Positions 9,443 through 19,971 of a stretch of 64,000 bases of DNA are shown here, one piece after another. A program made the translations under genes and the position numbers. The stretch covers positions 4,160,001-4,224,000 of the forward strand of contig CBDFKD010000002.1 of NCBI GenBank assembly GCA_965248695.1. Direction: 5' to 3'. The notes beneath the pieces were generated by a model. That model was not told the origin of the DNA, made no database searches, and saw only the letters and a program-made list of their open reading frames with translations. Source of the DNA: Acidobacteriota bacterium. Lineage in GTDB: Bacteria > Acidobacteriota > UBA890 > WLXD01. Each line of letters begins with the position of its first letter. Position 1 is the first letter of the stretch.

Positions 9443-10600
9443 CTACGCGCCCAGCGCCTGCTCGAGATCGGCGATCAGATCTTCGGCTGCCTCGATGCCG
9501 ACCGACAGGCGGATGAGGCTGTCGGTGACCCCCGCGGCGTCGCGTGCCTCCGGCGTCATGCCGGCGTGGGACGTTGTCGAGGGCCGCGTGATGAGTGTCT
9601 CGACGCCACCCAGGCTCGGAGCCTCGATCGGCAGCTGCAGGTTCTTGACCACCTGGCGCGCAGCATCGACGCCACCCGTTGCATCGAAGCTCAACATGCC
9701 GCCGAAGCCATCCAGCAAGCGCTCAGCGCGCTCGTGGTCGGGGCTGCTCGACAGACCCGAGTAGCTCACGGAGTCCACGCGTGGGTGCGCTTCGAGGTAC
9801 TCGGCCACGCGCAGCGCGTTGTTGTTCTGTTGACGCAGGCGCACCGCCAGCGTCTTGACGCCACGATGCAACAGGAAGCAGGCGTGCGGATCCAGCGAGC
9901 CCCCCAGATGGTTGGCGGTCCGGCGTACGCTCTCCACTAGCGACTGCGTGCCGATCACGGCGCCGGCGGCGAGATCGGAATGACCGTTGAGGTATTTGGT
10001 GGCCGAATGCAGCGACAGATCGAAACCCCACTCCGCCGGCCGGAAGTTGTAGGGGCTGGCGAACGTGTTGTCGATCATCGACAGCAGGCCGCGATCCTTG
10101 GCGAACGCGGCGATCGAATCGAGCTCGGCGACCTGGACGAGCGGATTGGTGATGGTCTCGGCGTAGATGATCTTCGTCTCGGGCCGTACGAGGTCGCCCC
10201 ACGAATCGGCGTCGGTGGGATCGAACACATCGGCGGTGATTCCCCAGCCGGGTAGGTCGTCGAAGACGAAGGCATGGGTACCGCCGTACAGGCAGTCCTG
10301 CACCAGCAGGTGGTCGCCCTGGCGTAAGACCGACAGCAGAGCCGTGGTGATCGCCGCCATCCCGCTGCTGGTGGCGAGCGCCGCCTCGGCGTTCTCGAGT
10401 GCCGCCAGCTTGGCGTGGAGCACGGTGTGGCTCGGAGTGTTGCTCAGCCGCACGTAGCGGATGTCGTCGTAGGAGTCGCTGCCGGCGAACTCGAACGTCG
10501 ACGACTGGAAGATTGGCGTCACGAGCGCGTCGCCGATGCGGGGTTCCGGCTCGCCGGCGTGGATCAGCTTGGTGTCGATGCTGTGGTCGTGGTCGGCCAT
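9443..10600 (-). CDS. Cys/Met metabolism PLP-dependent lyase (cystathionine gamma-synthase/lyase or methionine gamma-lyase family)
   Basis: TPIFQSSTF, SSGMAAI, YGGT, DNTFASP, HSATKYLNGHSD (PLP lysine), SLGGVETL, IRLSVGIE. Confidence 0.93.
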   Translation of the reverse strand: MADHDHSIDTKLIHAGEPEPRIGDALVTPIFQSSTFEFAGSDSYDDIRYVRLSNTPSHTVLHAKLAALENAEAALATSSGMAAITTALLSVLRQGDHLLVQDCLYGGTHAFVFDDLPGWGITADVFDPTDADSWGDLVRPETKIIYAETITNPLVQVAELDSIAAFAKDRGLLSMIDNTFASPYNFRPAEWGFDLSLHSATKYLNGHSDLAAGAVIGTQSLVESVRRTANHLGGSLDPHACFLLHRGVKTLAVRLRQQNNNALRVAEYLEAHPRVDSVSYSGLSSSPDHERAERLLDGFGGMLSFDATGGVDAARQVVKNLQLPIEAPSLGGVETLITRPSTTSHAGMTPEARDAAGVTDSLIRLSVGIEAAEDLIADLEQALGA

Positions 10601-10877
10601 GCGGGGTCTCCTGATTGGTACAGCCCGGTCGCTGGTGGCGCCGTTAGTCTACTGTGCCCGATGGTCGCGGGAGGCGCGAGCCGGTGGGCTCCGCGCGCGC
10701 TGGGCGGCGCCCACAGGGAGCACCGACTGAACCGGCGGCCCGACTAATCGGTCCGCCGGGCCGGGCCACCGACCCGCGTTGTGCTATTTTTCCCGCACCT
10801 TCGGAACTCACAGCCCTGCGCCGGCATCGAACTGGCATCAGGGTCCGCCCGAGCAACACTCCCCGAGACGCTTTGCC

Positions 10878-13328
10878 ATGCAAGACTTCCTGCAGGATCT
10901 AAAGTTCGGCGTCCGCACGCTGCTGCAATCCCCGGGGTTCGCGTTGATCGCCGTGCTCACGCTGGCGCTAGGTATCGGTGCCAACTCGGCCATCTTCAGC
11001 GTCGTGAACGGCGTCATTCTGAAGCCGCTGCCGTACCAGGACCCGGAGCGGTTGGTGTTCGTCACTACGGCGTTTCCGACGATGGGCTTCGACAAGTTCT
11101 GGATGTCGCAGCCGGAGTACCAAGAGTACGCCGAGTGGGGCGAGGCGATCGTAAATCTGGGCGCGTACAACACAGGAGAGGTCAGCATAACCGGCGGAGA
11201 TTCGCCGGTACGGGTGAGCTCGGCCACGGTGACGCGCTCGTTCTTCACGGTGCTCGGTGTCGAGCCGATCGCCGGCCGGATCTTCACCGCCGACGAGGAC
11301 GCCCCGGGTGGACCGGCAGCGGCGGTTCTGTCGTGGGAGCTGTGGCAGCGGGGGTTCGGCGGCCGCGAGGGAGCGGTCGGCGAGACCGTGGAGATCAACG
11401 GGGCGACGACCGCGATCGTCGGTGTCATGCCCGCCGGTTTCGATATTCACGACAACGGCACCGAGGTCTGGACGCCGCTGCAGCTGGATCCGGCGGCGCC
11501 GCGGCCGCGCGGCAACCACTTCTTGTTCGCCGTCGGCCGGCTCGACGACGGGGCTACGGCCGGCGAAGCATCAGCGGAGCTCCGGGGGCTGGTGACGCAG
11601 TGGCGAGATCGTGTACCTGACGGTCACGTGCCCAGTCCGGAGGGGCATCCGCTCAACAACCAGGATCTCCAAGACGAGGTCGTGGGCGAGGTGCGACCGG
11701 CGTTGCTGCTGCTGCTCGGCGCCGTCGGATTCGTGCTGCTGATCGCCTGCGCCAACGTTGGCAACCTGCTGCTGGCGCGCGCTGAGGCACGGCAGAAGGA
11801 GATCGCCATCCGCACGGCGCTCGGAGCGGGTCGCGCGCGCCTGGTACGGCAGTTTCTCACCGAGAGTGTGCTGCTGGCACTCGCGGGCGGCGCGGCGGGC
11901 CTGGTGCTGGGCACCTGGGGCTTGCGGGCGTTGCTCGCAACGAGCCCCGATGCCGTCCCGCGCATCGGCGAGATCTCGATGGATGGCTCGGTGCTGGCGT
12001 TCACCACCGCGGTCTCGCTGCTCACCGGCCTGCTGTTCGGCATGGCGCCGATGATGCACATGACGGTACGGAATCTGGCCAACTCGCTGCGCGAGGGCGG
12101 TGAGCGCTCCACCAGTGGGTCCGGAAAGCTCCGCCTGCGGCGCCTGCTCGTGGTCAGCGAGATCGCGCTGGCGGTGGTCCTGGTGATCGGTGCGGGCCTC
12201 ATGTTGCGTAGCTTCGGTGAGCTGCAGAATGTCGACCCCGGCTTCGACCCCGACGGCCTACTGACCTTCAGGCTCTACCTTCCAGCTGCCGACTACGTCG
12301 ACGGACGGGCGCAGGTCGCCTTCTTCAATCAGCTGATCGACGAGCTCGGCGCGCTCCCCGGAGTGGCCAGCGCAACAGCCATGAGCGGGCTTCCACCGCG
12401 CCGTCGGCTCAACGCCAACGACACTGAGTTCGAAGGCCTCGAGCGTACCGAGGACGGCCCGCCCCACAACGTCGACTTCTACCAGTCGGTGACCGAAGGG
12501 TACTTCGACACCATGGGGATCGGCCTGGTAGACGGACGGCCGTTCGGTGATCAGGATATGGGCGACGGCGCCCAACCGGTGGCGATCGTCAACCGGACGC
12601 TGGCATCGCTTTTCTTCCCGGGCGAGAGCCCTGTCGGGCGGCGCCTGCGGCCGTGCTGCGGCGACGGCAATCCGTGGATGTCGATCGTCGGCGTGGTGGC
12701 GGACGTGAAGCAGGACGGCGTCGAGAACGAGACCGGCACCGAGCTGTACTTCTACACCCCGCAGATGGCCGCGATGGCCAACTTCGCGCCCCGGAGCATG
12801 AACGTCGTTCTGCGGACCACCGTGCCGCCGATCGAGATCGCCGGGCAGGCTCGGCAGACCGTCTGGTCGCTGGACGGAACGCTGCCGCTGGCGGATCTAC
12901 AGACCATGAGCAGCGCGCTGCGGTCGTCCGTGGCGCGGCCGCGGTTCCTCACCCTGCTGCTGGGAGTGTTCGGTGCCGTGGCGCTGGCGCTGGCCGCGGT
13001 AGGCACCTACGGCGTCATGTCGTACTCGGTGGCGGAGCGCTACCGTGAGCTCGGGATCCGCATGGCGTTGGGCGCCGAAGCTGGCGGCGTGCTGCTCATG
13101 GTGCTCGCTCAGGGACTGCGGGTCGCCGGGGTGGGGCTGGTTCTCGGTGTTACTGCCGCCTTCTTTCTGACGCGGTTCATGGGCTCGTTGCTCTACGGGA
13201 TCGGCGCCACCGACACGGCCACGTTCGTCGTCGTGCCGCTGTTGCTGGTGGCGGTGGCGGCATGCGCCTGTCTGGTGCCGGCGCGTCGGGCAACGCGCGT
13301 CGATCCGATGGTGGTGCTGCGCGAGTGA
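10878..13328 (+). CDS. ADOP-type duplicated ABC permease (MacB_PCD/FtsX x2), no N-terminal extension
   Basis: [73 protein letters not shown]. Confidence 0.93.
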   Translation: MQDFLQDLKFGVRTLLQSPGFALIAVLTLALGIGANSAIFSVVNGVILKPLPYQDPERLVFVTTAFPTMGFDKFWMSQPEYQEYAEWGEAIVNLGAYNTGEVSITGGDSPVRVSSATVTRSFFTVLGVEPIAGRIFTADEDAPGGPAAAVLSWELWQRGFGGREGAVGETVEINGATTAIVGVMPAGFDIHDNGTEVWTPLQLDPAAPRPRGNHFLFAVGRLDDGATAGEASAELRGLVTQWRDRVPDGHVPSPEGHPLNNQDLQDEVVGEVRPALLLLLGAVGFVLLIACANVGNLLLARAEARQKEIAIRTALGAGRARLVRQFLTESVLLALAGGAAGLVLGTWGLRALLATSPDAVPRIGEISMDGSVLAFTTAVSLLTGLLFGMAPMMHMTVRNLANSLREGGERSTSGSGKLRLRRLLVVSEIALAVVLVIGAGLMLRSFGELQNVDPGFDPDGLLTFRLYLPAADYVDGRAQVAFFNQLIDELGALPGVASATAMSGLPPRRRLNANDTEFEGLERTEDGPPHNVDFYQSVTEGYFDTMGIGLVDGRPFGDQDMGDGAQPVAIVNRTLASLFFPGESPVGRRLRPCCGDGNPWMSIVGVVADVKQDGVENETGTELYFYTPQMAAMANFAPRSMNVVLRTTVPPIEIAGQARQTVWSLDGTLPLADLQTMSSALRSSVARPRFLTLLLGVFGAVALALAAVGTYGVMSYSVAERYRELGIRMALGAEAGGVLLMVLAQGLRVAGVGLVLGVTAAFFLTRFMGSLLYGIGATDTATFVVVPLLLVAVAACACLVPARRATRVDPMVVLRE

Positions 13329-13435
13329 GGCTCGGAGGGCTAGTACGACAGGCATCGGTTCGGGGGAGGCACGAGCGGCCGCCGACCAAGTCTGTGGGGC
13401 GATGGGCGCGGAAGCCCAGTAACATGGGCAGCATC

Positions 13436-14347
13436 ATGAGGAGCTTCCGGGTGCTGGTTCACGGTGTCGCGTTGGTCGGAGTGGTGACGTTGTTGGGTGT
13501 GGCGGTGACGATGGCGGCCGGCGACGGGGTACCGGTGCTGGTGTCGACGGATTGGCTGGCCGAGCACATCGACGACAAGGAGGTCGTCGTGTTTCAGGTC
13601 GCCATGGCGACCACCGATGCTCCGGTGGAATACATCGCCGGGTCCGGTCTGCTCGATTATCACGTCGTCGCAGCGATGGAGCGCAGCGGCCTGATCGTCG
13701 AGATGCAGCCGGTCGAGGAAATGGTGGCCGCGTTGCGTCGGGCCGGCGTCGGGAGCGACCGGCACGTGGTGCTGTACGGCAAGCCGGCGCACTATGCGGC
13801 GCGCGTTTACATGACGCTCGACTACTTGGGGCACGACCGGGTATCGGTGCTGGACGGCGGGCTCGACGCCTGGAAGGACGAGGGTCGCGCCCTGCAGCCC
13901 CGGCCGACCACGTTCGCGGCCGGCGACTTCACGCCGGAGCGGCGCGACGACGTGTTGGTGACGCTCGATTGGGTGCGCGATCACCTCGACGACAGCGCCG
14001 TGGTGCTGGTAGATGCGCGGCCGGCCGACGAGTTCCGTGGCGACGCCCGCTCCGGCCGGATGCGGCCGGGACACATTCCGGGCGCGCGGAACATCTACTG
14101 GATCGACTTGCTCGAGTCGGAGGAAATGCCCCGCCTGCTCGACCTCGAGGACGTGCGGCAGCGCTACCAGGCCGCTGGCGCGACGGCTGACAGCGTCGTG
14201 GTGAGCTACTGCTACATCGGCATGCGGGCCAGCTACACCTACCTGATCGGCAAGTACCTGGGGTTCGAGACCCGGTTCTTCGACGGCTCCCGGAACGAGT
14301 GGGCCGCGTACGAGGACCTCCCCGCCGAGCTCGGAGAGTCCCGCTAG
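13436..14347 (+). CDS. Two-domain rhodanese/sulfurtransferase with N-terminal signal or TM segment
   Basis: LVSTDWL, VSVLDGGLDAW, LVDARP..F.G, GHIPGA, active-site YCYIGMRAS, FDGS.NEW. Alternative start at 13424. Confidence 0.88.
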   Translation: MRSFRVLVHGVALVGVVTLLGVAVTMAAGDGVPVLVSTDWLAEHIDDKEVVVFQVAMATTDAPVEYIAGSGLLDYHVVAAMERSGLIVEMQPVEEMVAALRRAGVGSDRHVVLYGKPAHYAARVYMTLDYLGHDRVSVLDGGLDAWKDEGRALQPRPTTFAAGDFTPERRDDVLVTLDWVRDHLDDSAVVLVDARPADEFRGDARSGRMRPGHIPGARNIYWIDLLESEEMPRLLDLEDVRQRYQAAGATADSVVVSYCYIGMRASYTYLIGKYLGFETRFFDGSRNEWAAYEDLPAELGESR

Positions 14348-14579
14348 CGAGGTACCGCGCGTGGGTGTTGTTCGTCGGCGACCATCAGTTCCGGCCCGCC
14401 GGCGCTGAAGCGGTGCGTATCCGCTTCGCGATGGAGGGTAGTCGCGCCACCGGTCTGACGGTGCTCGACCCATGGCTGTTCCGAACGTCGCTACCCGTAC
14501 GGCCGTTTGCCCTGAGGAACGCTCAGCCCCGTGGCGGCTGCCGCACTGGAAACACGGTTGGCTGATGTGCTAGCGTCAG

Positions 14580-14610
14580 GCTAACTGTAGTTAAGTTAGC
14601 TCGATTGACA
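14580..14610 (+). promoter_or_regulatory. Palindromic putative PadR operator with adjacent TTGACA
   Basis: GCTAACT-gtagtta-AGTTAGC (14580-14600). TTGACA at 14605-14610. Confidence 0.5.
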
Positions 14611-14628
14611 TTAGTAGGGAGTTTTTCC

Positions 14629-15054
14629 ATGGCGGCCGAATCCGGACGCGCAGGGGTAGGCGGGGTGGCGCGGCCCACGGGCGAACCCGAGGATGTCCAG
14701 GGTATCGAGACCCTCCTACCGCTGCCACAGCTGGCCTTCCAGGTGTTGTTGGCGCTGGCGGCGGGACACAACCACGGCTACGGCATCGCCAAGGAGATCG
14801 AGCTCAACACCGGCGGTCGCACGCGACCCGGCACCGGCTCGCTGTATCTGTCGATGGCGAAGCTGAAGGATCAAACATTGATCGAGCCGTGCGATCCGCC
14901 GCCCAGCACTGGGCGGTCGGATGCGCGCCGCCGCTACTATCGGTTGACGACGGCTGGCCGCGCCGCTGCCGCTGCCGAGGGACGACGGCTGGCGCGGTTG
15001 GTGCGGCTGGCGCGCCAGCGAGACTTGCTGACCGCCGGGGAGGAGGCCTGCTAG
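14629..15054 (+). CDS. PadR-family regulator
   Basis: FQVLLALA...HGYGIAKEI...PGTGSLYLSM..L...RRRYYRLT..GR. Confidence 0.9.
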   Translation: MAAESGRAGVGGVARPTGEPEDVQGIETLLPLPQLAFQVLLALAAGHNHGYGIAKEIELNTGGRTRPGTGSLYLSMAKLKDQTLIEPCDPPPSTGRSDARRRYYRLTTAGRAAAAAEGRRLARLVRLARQRDLLTAGEEAC

Positions 15055-15056
15055 CT

Positions 15057-16001
15057 GTGCGCGCACCCTCACGTGCCTACCGGCGGCTCGTCGACTGGCT
15101 GCTGCCGCGCTGGATGCGGAGCGCGTGGGGCGACGACCTGATCGCCACTTTCGAAGCACGCCGTCTCTAGATCGGTGGTTATGGTTGGCTGCGGCGCTTT
15201 TCGTTCTGGCTGCAAGAGACGGCCTCCTTGGCCCGCGTTGCCGCTGTCGCCAGAGTTAGGCGGCGACGGATCCGGATCGACGACAGGTACACCCAAACGC
15301 CTGAGGGGAAGCCGTTCCGGATTCGTCGTCCGCCGCATGACACACGGTCGTTACGCGTAGCCTGGGTAATCGCCATCAGCGTCCACTTCGGTCTCTTCAC
15401 GGCAGTTTGGCCGGTTGGTGAGCAGGTCGTGGAAGCGCGGCCGCGGCACGCGGTCGTGGTCATCCGGCGCCTTCCGCCGCCGCCCCCGCCGGAGCGCAAG
15501 ATCGAGCGCCGACCGGTGCGTCGCGACGCCCCGCTGGTTCCTATTCCCGACCCGACGCCGGCCGCGCCCGAGATCATCGAGCTACCGGATTTCGAGCCCA
15601 CAGTGACCGATGTTGCCGACTTGGTGTTTGTCGGCATTCCGGTTCCGGTGCCTCCGCAGCCGGCACCGGAGCCAATCCCGGAGCCAATCCCGGAGCCGGT
15701 CCCAGAACCAGGTATCTATCGGGGCGGTGTCGACGTGGAGCGGCCGCGGCTGGTGGCCAGCCCGCAGCCGGAATACTCCGACCTGGCGCGTTGGGCGCGC
15801 TTGGAGTGCACCGTGGTTCTGAAGGCCATGATCGGCATCGATGGCGACGTGGCCGACCTGCATGTTGTGGAGCCCTGCAGGCTCGGGCTCACCGATGCGG
15901 CGATGGCGGCGGTGGCCAGGTGGCGCTATGAGCCGACGTTGGTCAACGGTCGGCGGGTCCCGGTGAACGTCCGTGTCACGGTGCGCTTCCATCTGGACTG
16001 A
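15057..16001 (+). pseudogene. TonB C-terminal domain protein with a PadR-partner-type N-terminus, interrupted by an in-frame TAG at 15168-15170
   Basis: One frame on both sides of a single TAG. TM segment AISVHFGLF, Pro-rich linker, and PEYSDLAR...AAMAAVARWRYEPT..NG..VPV. Confidence 0.75.
15666..15710 (+). repeat. 12-bp coding repeats (PEPI/PEPV) in the TonB linker
   Basis: ccggagccaatc x2, ccggagccggtc, ccagaacca. Confidence 0.7.
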
Positions 16002-16038
16002 GCTCGAGCGGGTGGTGGAGGCTTTCTTCGGTCAAACC

Positions 16039-16067
16039 TTGACTGATCGTTCCGTGTTTGCTAGATT
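16039..16067 (+). promoter_or_regulatory. Sigma70-like promoter overlapping TetR operator copy 1
   Basis: TTGACT (16039-44), 17-bp spacer, TAGATT (16062-67). Contains GACTGATCGTTCC, which recurs at 16685. Confidence 0.65.
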
Positions 16068-16074
16068 GGCTACC

Positions 16075-16662
16075 ATGACACGCGGACCGGACAAGCAATT
16101 TGATCGCGACGAGGCGCTCGGACGAGCCATGCAGCTGTTCTGGACGAACGGCTATGAGGCCACCGGGGTCACCGAGCTGCTCGACACCATGGGCATCGGT
16201 CGCCAGAGCATGTACGACACCTTCGGCAACAAGCGCGACCTGTTCGTGGAGTCGCTGAACCTGTATGTAAGCCGACAGGTCGGACAGATGCGCGCCATTC
16301 TTCGTGCCCCCGGGTCGGGCCTCGCGAACCTCCAGCAGCTAATCGGCTTGTGGGAGCGAATGGGTCGCGAGCAGGATTGCGGCTGCCTGGTGGGCAACAC
16401 CGTCGCAGAGCTCGGACCTCACGACGCCGAGATCGGTTCCTGTGTCGGTCGCGCCTTGGAGTCACTGCGAGGAGACTTCGTTGCGACCGTGCAAAGGGCG
16501 CAGGCGAAGGGTGAGATCGCCGGCCATCTGGATCCGGAAGATATGGGGAATCTGATGATCGTCGCGGCGCAGGGAGCCGCCCTGTTGAGCAAGGTTCCGG
16601 AGAGGAAGGAACTCGCCATTGGCGCCATGCGTGGGCTGCTGAGCGTCCTTCAAGCGGCGTGA
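16075..16662 (+). CDS. TetR/AcrR-family regulator (NemR/ComR-like)
   Basis: RGPDKQFDRDEAL.RAMQLFW.NGYEATG..ELL..MGIGRQSMYDTFGNK and GCLVGN. Confidence 0.92.
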   Translation: MTRGPDKQFDRDEALGRAMQLFWTNGYEATGVTELLDTMGIGRQSMYDTFGNKRDLFVESLNLYVSRQVGQMRAILRAPGSGLANLQQLIGLWERMGREQDCGCLVGNTVAELGPHDAEIGSCVGRALESLRGDFVATVQRAQAKGEIAGHLDPEDMGNLMIVAAQGAALLSKVPERKELAIGAMRGLLSVLQAA

Positions 16663-16681
16663 GCTTTTTTTTGTTCCATAT

Positions 16682-16699
16682 ATGGACTGATCGTTCCAT
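16682..16699. promoter_or_regulatory. TetR operator copy 2 (imperfect palindrome)
   Basis: ATGGACTGATCGTTCCAT upstream of the MMPL gene. The 13-bp core is identical to copy 1. Confidence 0.65.
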
Positions 16700-16739
16700 G
16701 TTAATGCGGGCAACCGCACCTACAGAAGGGAAGGAAGCA

Positions 16740-19700
16740 ATGTCGTCAGGTAAGCCGGGAATCATGGACCGAGTGGCGCTGCGCCTCGCGGATACGGTGC
16801 TGGCGCACCCGTGGAAGGTCGTGGCGATCACGCTCCTCTTGGTCGCGGCGGCCGGCGGCGGAGCACGCCATCTCGAGTTCGCCAACAACTATCGCGTCTT
16901 CTTCAGTCCGGAGAATCCGGAGCTGGTGGCCTTCGAGGAGTTCCAGGCCACGTATACGAAGAACGACAACATCCTGTTCGTGCTGCAGCCCTCGGACGGC
17001 GACGTGTTCGCTCCCGAGTTGCTGTCGGACATCGAGTGGCTGACCGCCGAGGCTTGGCAGATTCCCTACGCCATTCGGGTCGATTCGGTGACCAACTTTC
17101 AGCACAGCTGGGCCGATGGCGACGAGCTTACGGTCGAGGACCTCGTTCGAGACGCACCCTCGATGTCGGTCGGCGAGCTGTCTAGGCGCCGGGGAATTGC
17201 GCTCGCAGAACCGCTCCTGCGCGACAACCTACTGTCGCCCGATGCTCGTACCACTGGCGTAAACGTCACGCTCCAGTACCCGGAGGAAAGCCTCACGGAG
17301 GTACCCGCTGCGGTCGGCCATGCGCGTGATCTCGCCCGGCAGCTCCGCGCCCGGCAGCCTGGGCTTACGGTTGCCCTTAGCGGCGTGTCGATGCTCAACA
17401 ACGCATTCGCCGAGGCCGGCGAGCAGGATGCCATGTCGCTGATGCCGGCGATGTTCCTGGTGCTGGTGGTCTTCATGCTGCTGGTGCTGCGCAGCCTCGC
17501 CGGGACCGCCGGCACGCTTGCCGTGATCGCCTTTGCCACCGTCACCGCCCTGGGACTGGCCGGTTACGCGGGGCTGAAGCTCAATCCGATCTCTGTCACC
17601 GCGGCAGTCATCATCATGACGCTCAGTCTGGCCGACAGCGTCCATGTGGTGGTGACGGTTCGCCAGATGCTGTCCGAGGGCAAGTCCAAGATCGATGCGT
17701 TGCGTGAGTCGTTGCGCGTCAACCTGGTAGCGCTGATCGTCACCAGCGTCACCACCATCATCGGGTTCCTGGCGCTCAATTTCTCGGATGCTCCGCCGTT
17801 CCGGGACATGGGAAATATCACCGCGGTCGGTATCGCGGCGGCGCTGCTGTACTCGGTGGTGTTCCTGCCGGCGTTCTTGAGCCTGGTTCCGCTCCGCGCC
17901 CCTGCTCCGTCCAGTACGCGGCGCGGGCTGGCAGCGCCGCTCGGCGCGCTCGTCATCCGAAGGCACCGAGTGGTGCTCACCACGATGGTCATCTTGGCGG
18001 TGGCGCTGATCGCGATGGTGCCGCTGATCGATCTGAACGACGAATTCGTCAAGTACTTCGACTATCGCGTCGAGTTCCGTGGCGATGCCGAGTGGGGCAT
18101 GGAGAACCTCAACGGTATCTACCTCATCGAGTACTCGGTGGAGGCCGATGGCCCGGAGGGGGTCAGCGATCCTGTCTATCTGGCGAACCTCGAGCGCTTC
18201 ACGGGTTGGCTGCGGCAGCAGCCCGAAGTGCAGCACGTGTACAGCTACACCGACGTCATCAAGCGGCTCAACAAGAACATGCACGGCGACGATGACGGCT
18301 GGTACCGGATGCCGGGCGACAGGCAGCTTGGTGCTCAGTACCTGCTGCTGTACGAACTGTCGTTGCCGTATGGGCTCGATCTGAACGACCGCATCAGCAT
18401 CGACAAGTCGGCCACGCGGGTAACCGCCACGGTCGGCGACCTGCCCACCAGCGCGATCCGCGAGCTACTCGATCGCTCGAAGAACTGGCTGCGGGCCGAA
18501 ACGCCGGCGTACATGCACGCAGAGCCCACCGGCGCCTCTGTGATGTTCGCGTACATCTCACAGCGCAACATCGAGAGCATGCTGGGCGGCAACGTGGTGG
18601 CGGTGCTGTTGATCTCGGCGGTCATCATGCTGGCGTTGCGGAGCGTATCGATCGGCGCCCTCAGCCTGATCCCCAACGCGGTTCCCATTCTGATGACCTT
18701 CGGCGTGTGGGCGCTGTTGGTGGGGCAGGTTGGAATGGCCGCTGCAATCGTCTCGGCCACCTCGCTAGGGATCGTCGTCGACGACTCGGTGCACTTCCTC
18801 ACCAAGTACTTGCGAGCGCGCCGCGAGAAGGGCCTCGATCAGGCCGACGCAGTGCGCTACGCCTTCGATACCGTTGGCCGCGCCATCGTCAGCACCACCG
18901 TGATTCTGTCGTTCGGGTTCGCTGTGTTGGCGTTCTCGAGCTTTCGCATCAACGCGCAGATGGGCCTGCTGACCGCCATCGCGGTGCTGCTTGCCCTGGT
19001 AACCGACCTGTTGCTACTTCCGGCCCTTCTATTGATCGGCCACGAATCGACTGCAAAGGAGACCGACATGACCACCTCATCGACGAACTGGCGTTTCGGC
19101 GGAGCAACGACGGCGCTCGCCGTGGTCGCGTTGCTCGGCGCTGGCACTTCCGTTGCCTACGCTCAGAACACCACAGACCCGATCAACAGTCCTGGCAGGA
19201 CGCCGACCGCGGCCGAGAAGGGTTACCAAATCGCGGCGCGCGCCGACCGCAGCGATCGAGGCTATCTGGACAGCGACGTCGAGCTGACCATGCTGCTGCG
19301 CAACGCTGCCGGCAAGGAGACGACGCGGGTGCTGCGGATTCGTACCCTCGAGGTCCCGCAGGACGACCTCGGCGATCGCAGCCTGGTGGTCTTCGACAGC
19401 CCGGCCGACATCGAGGGCACGGCTTTGCTGTCGCACGCCAAGATCCTCGATCCCGATGACCAGTGGCTCTACCTGCCGGCGCTCAAGCGCGTGAAGCGGA
19501 TCTCCTCGGTGAACAAGTCCGGTCCGTTCGTCGGCAGCGAGTTCGCTTTCGAGGATTTCACCGCACTGGAGCTCGAGAAGTACGAGTATCTCTTCGTTGG
19601 CCAGGAGCGCTGTGGCGAGCTCACCTGCGACGTTCTCGAACGAACGCCGCGCTACGAGTACTCGGGCTATACGAAGCAGGTTTCGTGGGTCGACCAGCGC

Positions 19701-19931
19701 GATTTCCAGATCCGCAAGGTCGACTTCTACGGGCGCCGCGGTGAGTTGCTCAAGACCCTCGAGCTGACTGACTACCGGCGGTACGACGGTGCGTACTGGC
19801 GACCGCACCTGATGCGGATGGTCAACCATCAGACCGGCAAGTCGACCGATCTGAACTACACCGACTACCGCTTCGGCAACGGGCTCGGGGAGTCCGACTT
19901 CGTGCGCGGCGCCCTGCAGCGGTTGCGATAG
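16740..19931 (+). CDS. MMPL/RND-family transporter fused in frame to a LolA-like lipoprotein-sorting domain
   Basis: Two RND halves (SLADSVH, GIVVDDSVHF), then DDQWLYLPALKRVKRIS...FVGSEFAFED...MVNHQTGKST. Confidence 0.88.
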   Translation: MSSGKPGIMDRVALRLADTVLAHPWKVVAITLLLVAAAGGGARHLEFANNYRVFFSPENPELVAFEEFQATYTKNDNILFVLQPSDGDVFAPELLSDIEWLTAEAWQIPYAIRVDSVTNFQHSWADGDELTVEDLVRDAPSMSVGELSRRRGIALAEPLLRDNLLSPDARTTGVNVTLQYPEESLTEVPAAVGHARDLARQLRARQPGLTVALSGVSMLNNAFAEAGEQDAMSLMPAMFLVLVVFMLLVLRSLAGTAGTLAVIAFATVTALGLAGYAGLKLNPISVTAAVIIMTLSLADSVHVVVTVRQMLSEGKSKIDALRESLRVNLVALIVTSVTTIIGFLALNFSDAPPFRDMGNITAVGIAAALLYSVVFLPAFLSLVPLRAPAPSSTRRGLAAPLGALVIRRHRVVLTTMVILAVALIAMVPLIDLNDEFVKYFDYRVEFRGDAEWGMENLNGIYLIEYSVEADGPEGVSDPVYLANLERFTGWLRQQPEVQHVYSYTDVIKRLNKNMHGDDDGWYRMPGDRQLGAQYLLLYELSLPYGLDLNDRISIDKSATRVTATVGDLPTSAIRELLDRSKNWLRAETPAYMHAEPTGASVMFAYISQRNIESMLGGNVVAVLLISAVIMLALRSVSIGALSLIPNAVPILMTFGVWALLVGQVGMAAAIVSATSLGIVVDDSVHFLTKYLRARREKGLDQADAVRYAFDTVGRAIVSTTVILSFGFAVLAFSSFRINAQMGLLTAIAVLLALVTDLLLLPALLLIGHESTAKETDMTTSSTNWRFGGATTALAVVALLGAGTSVAYAQNTTDPINSPGRTPTAAEKGYQIAARADRSDRGYLDSDVELTMLLRNAAGKETTRVLRIRTLEVPQDDLGDRSLVVFDSPADIEGTALLSHAKILDPDDQWLYLPALKRVKRISSVNKSGPFVGSEFAFEDFTALELEKYEYLFVGQERCGELTCDVLERTPRYEYSGYTKQVSWVDQRDFQIRKVDFYGRRGELLKTLELTDYRRYDGAYWRPHLMRMVNHQTGKSTDLNYTDYRFGNGLGESDFVRGALQRLR

Positions 19932-19971
19932 CAGCGCGCCGAGCAAGCGCAGGTAGCAGAGGGTTCGTCCG

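Noticed and set aside
10601-10877. SAM riboswitch upstream of the Cys/Met lyase
   Set aside because: GC-rich stems are possible, but I could not find the conserved SAM-I core.
15168-15170. Pyrrolysine or recoded TAG
   Set aside because: Many genes here end in TAG and no pyl genes are in the window.
15228-16001. Stand-alone tonB starting at TTG 15228
   Set aside because: No clear RBS, and the upstream in-frame sequence resembles the N-terminal module seen on the PadR-linked permeases. It remains possible as a restart.
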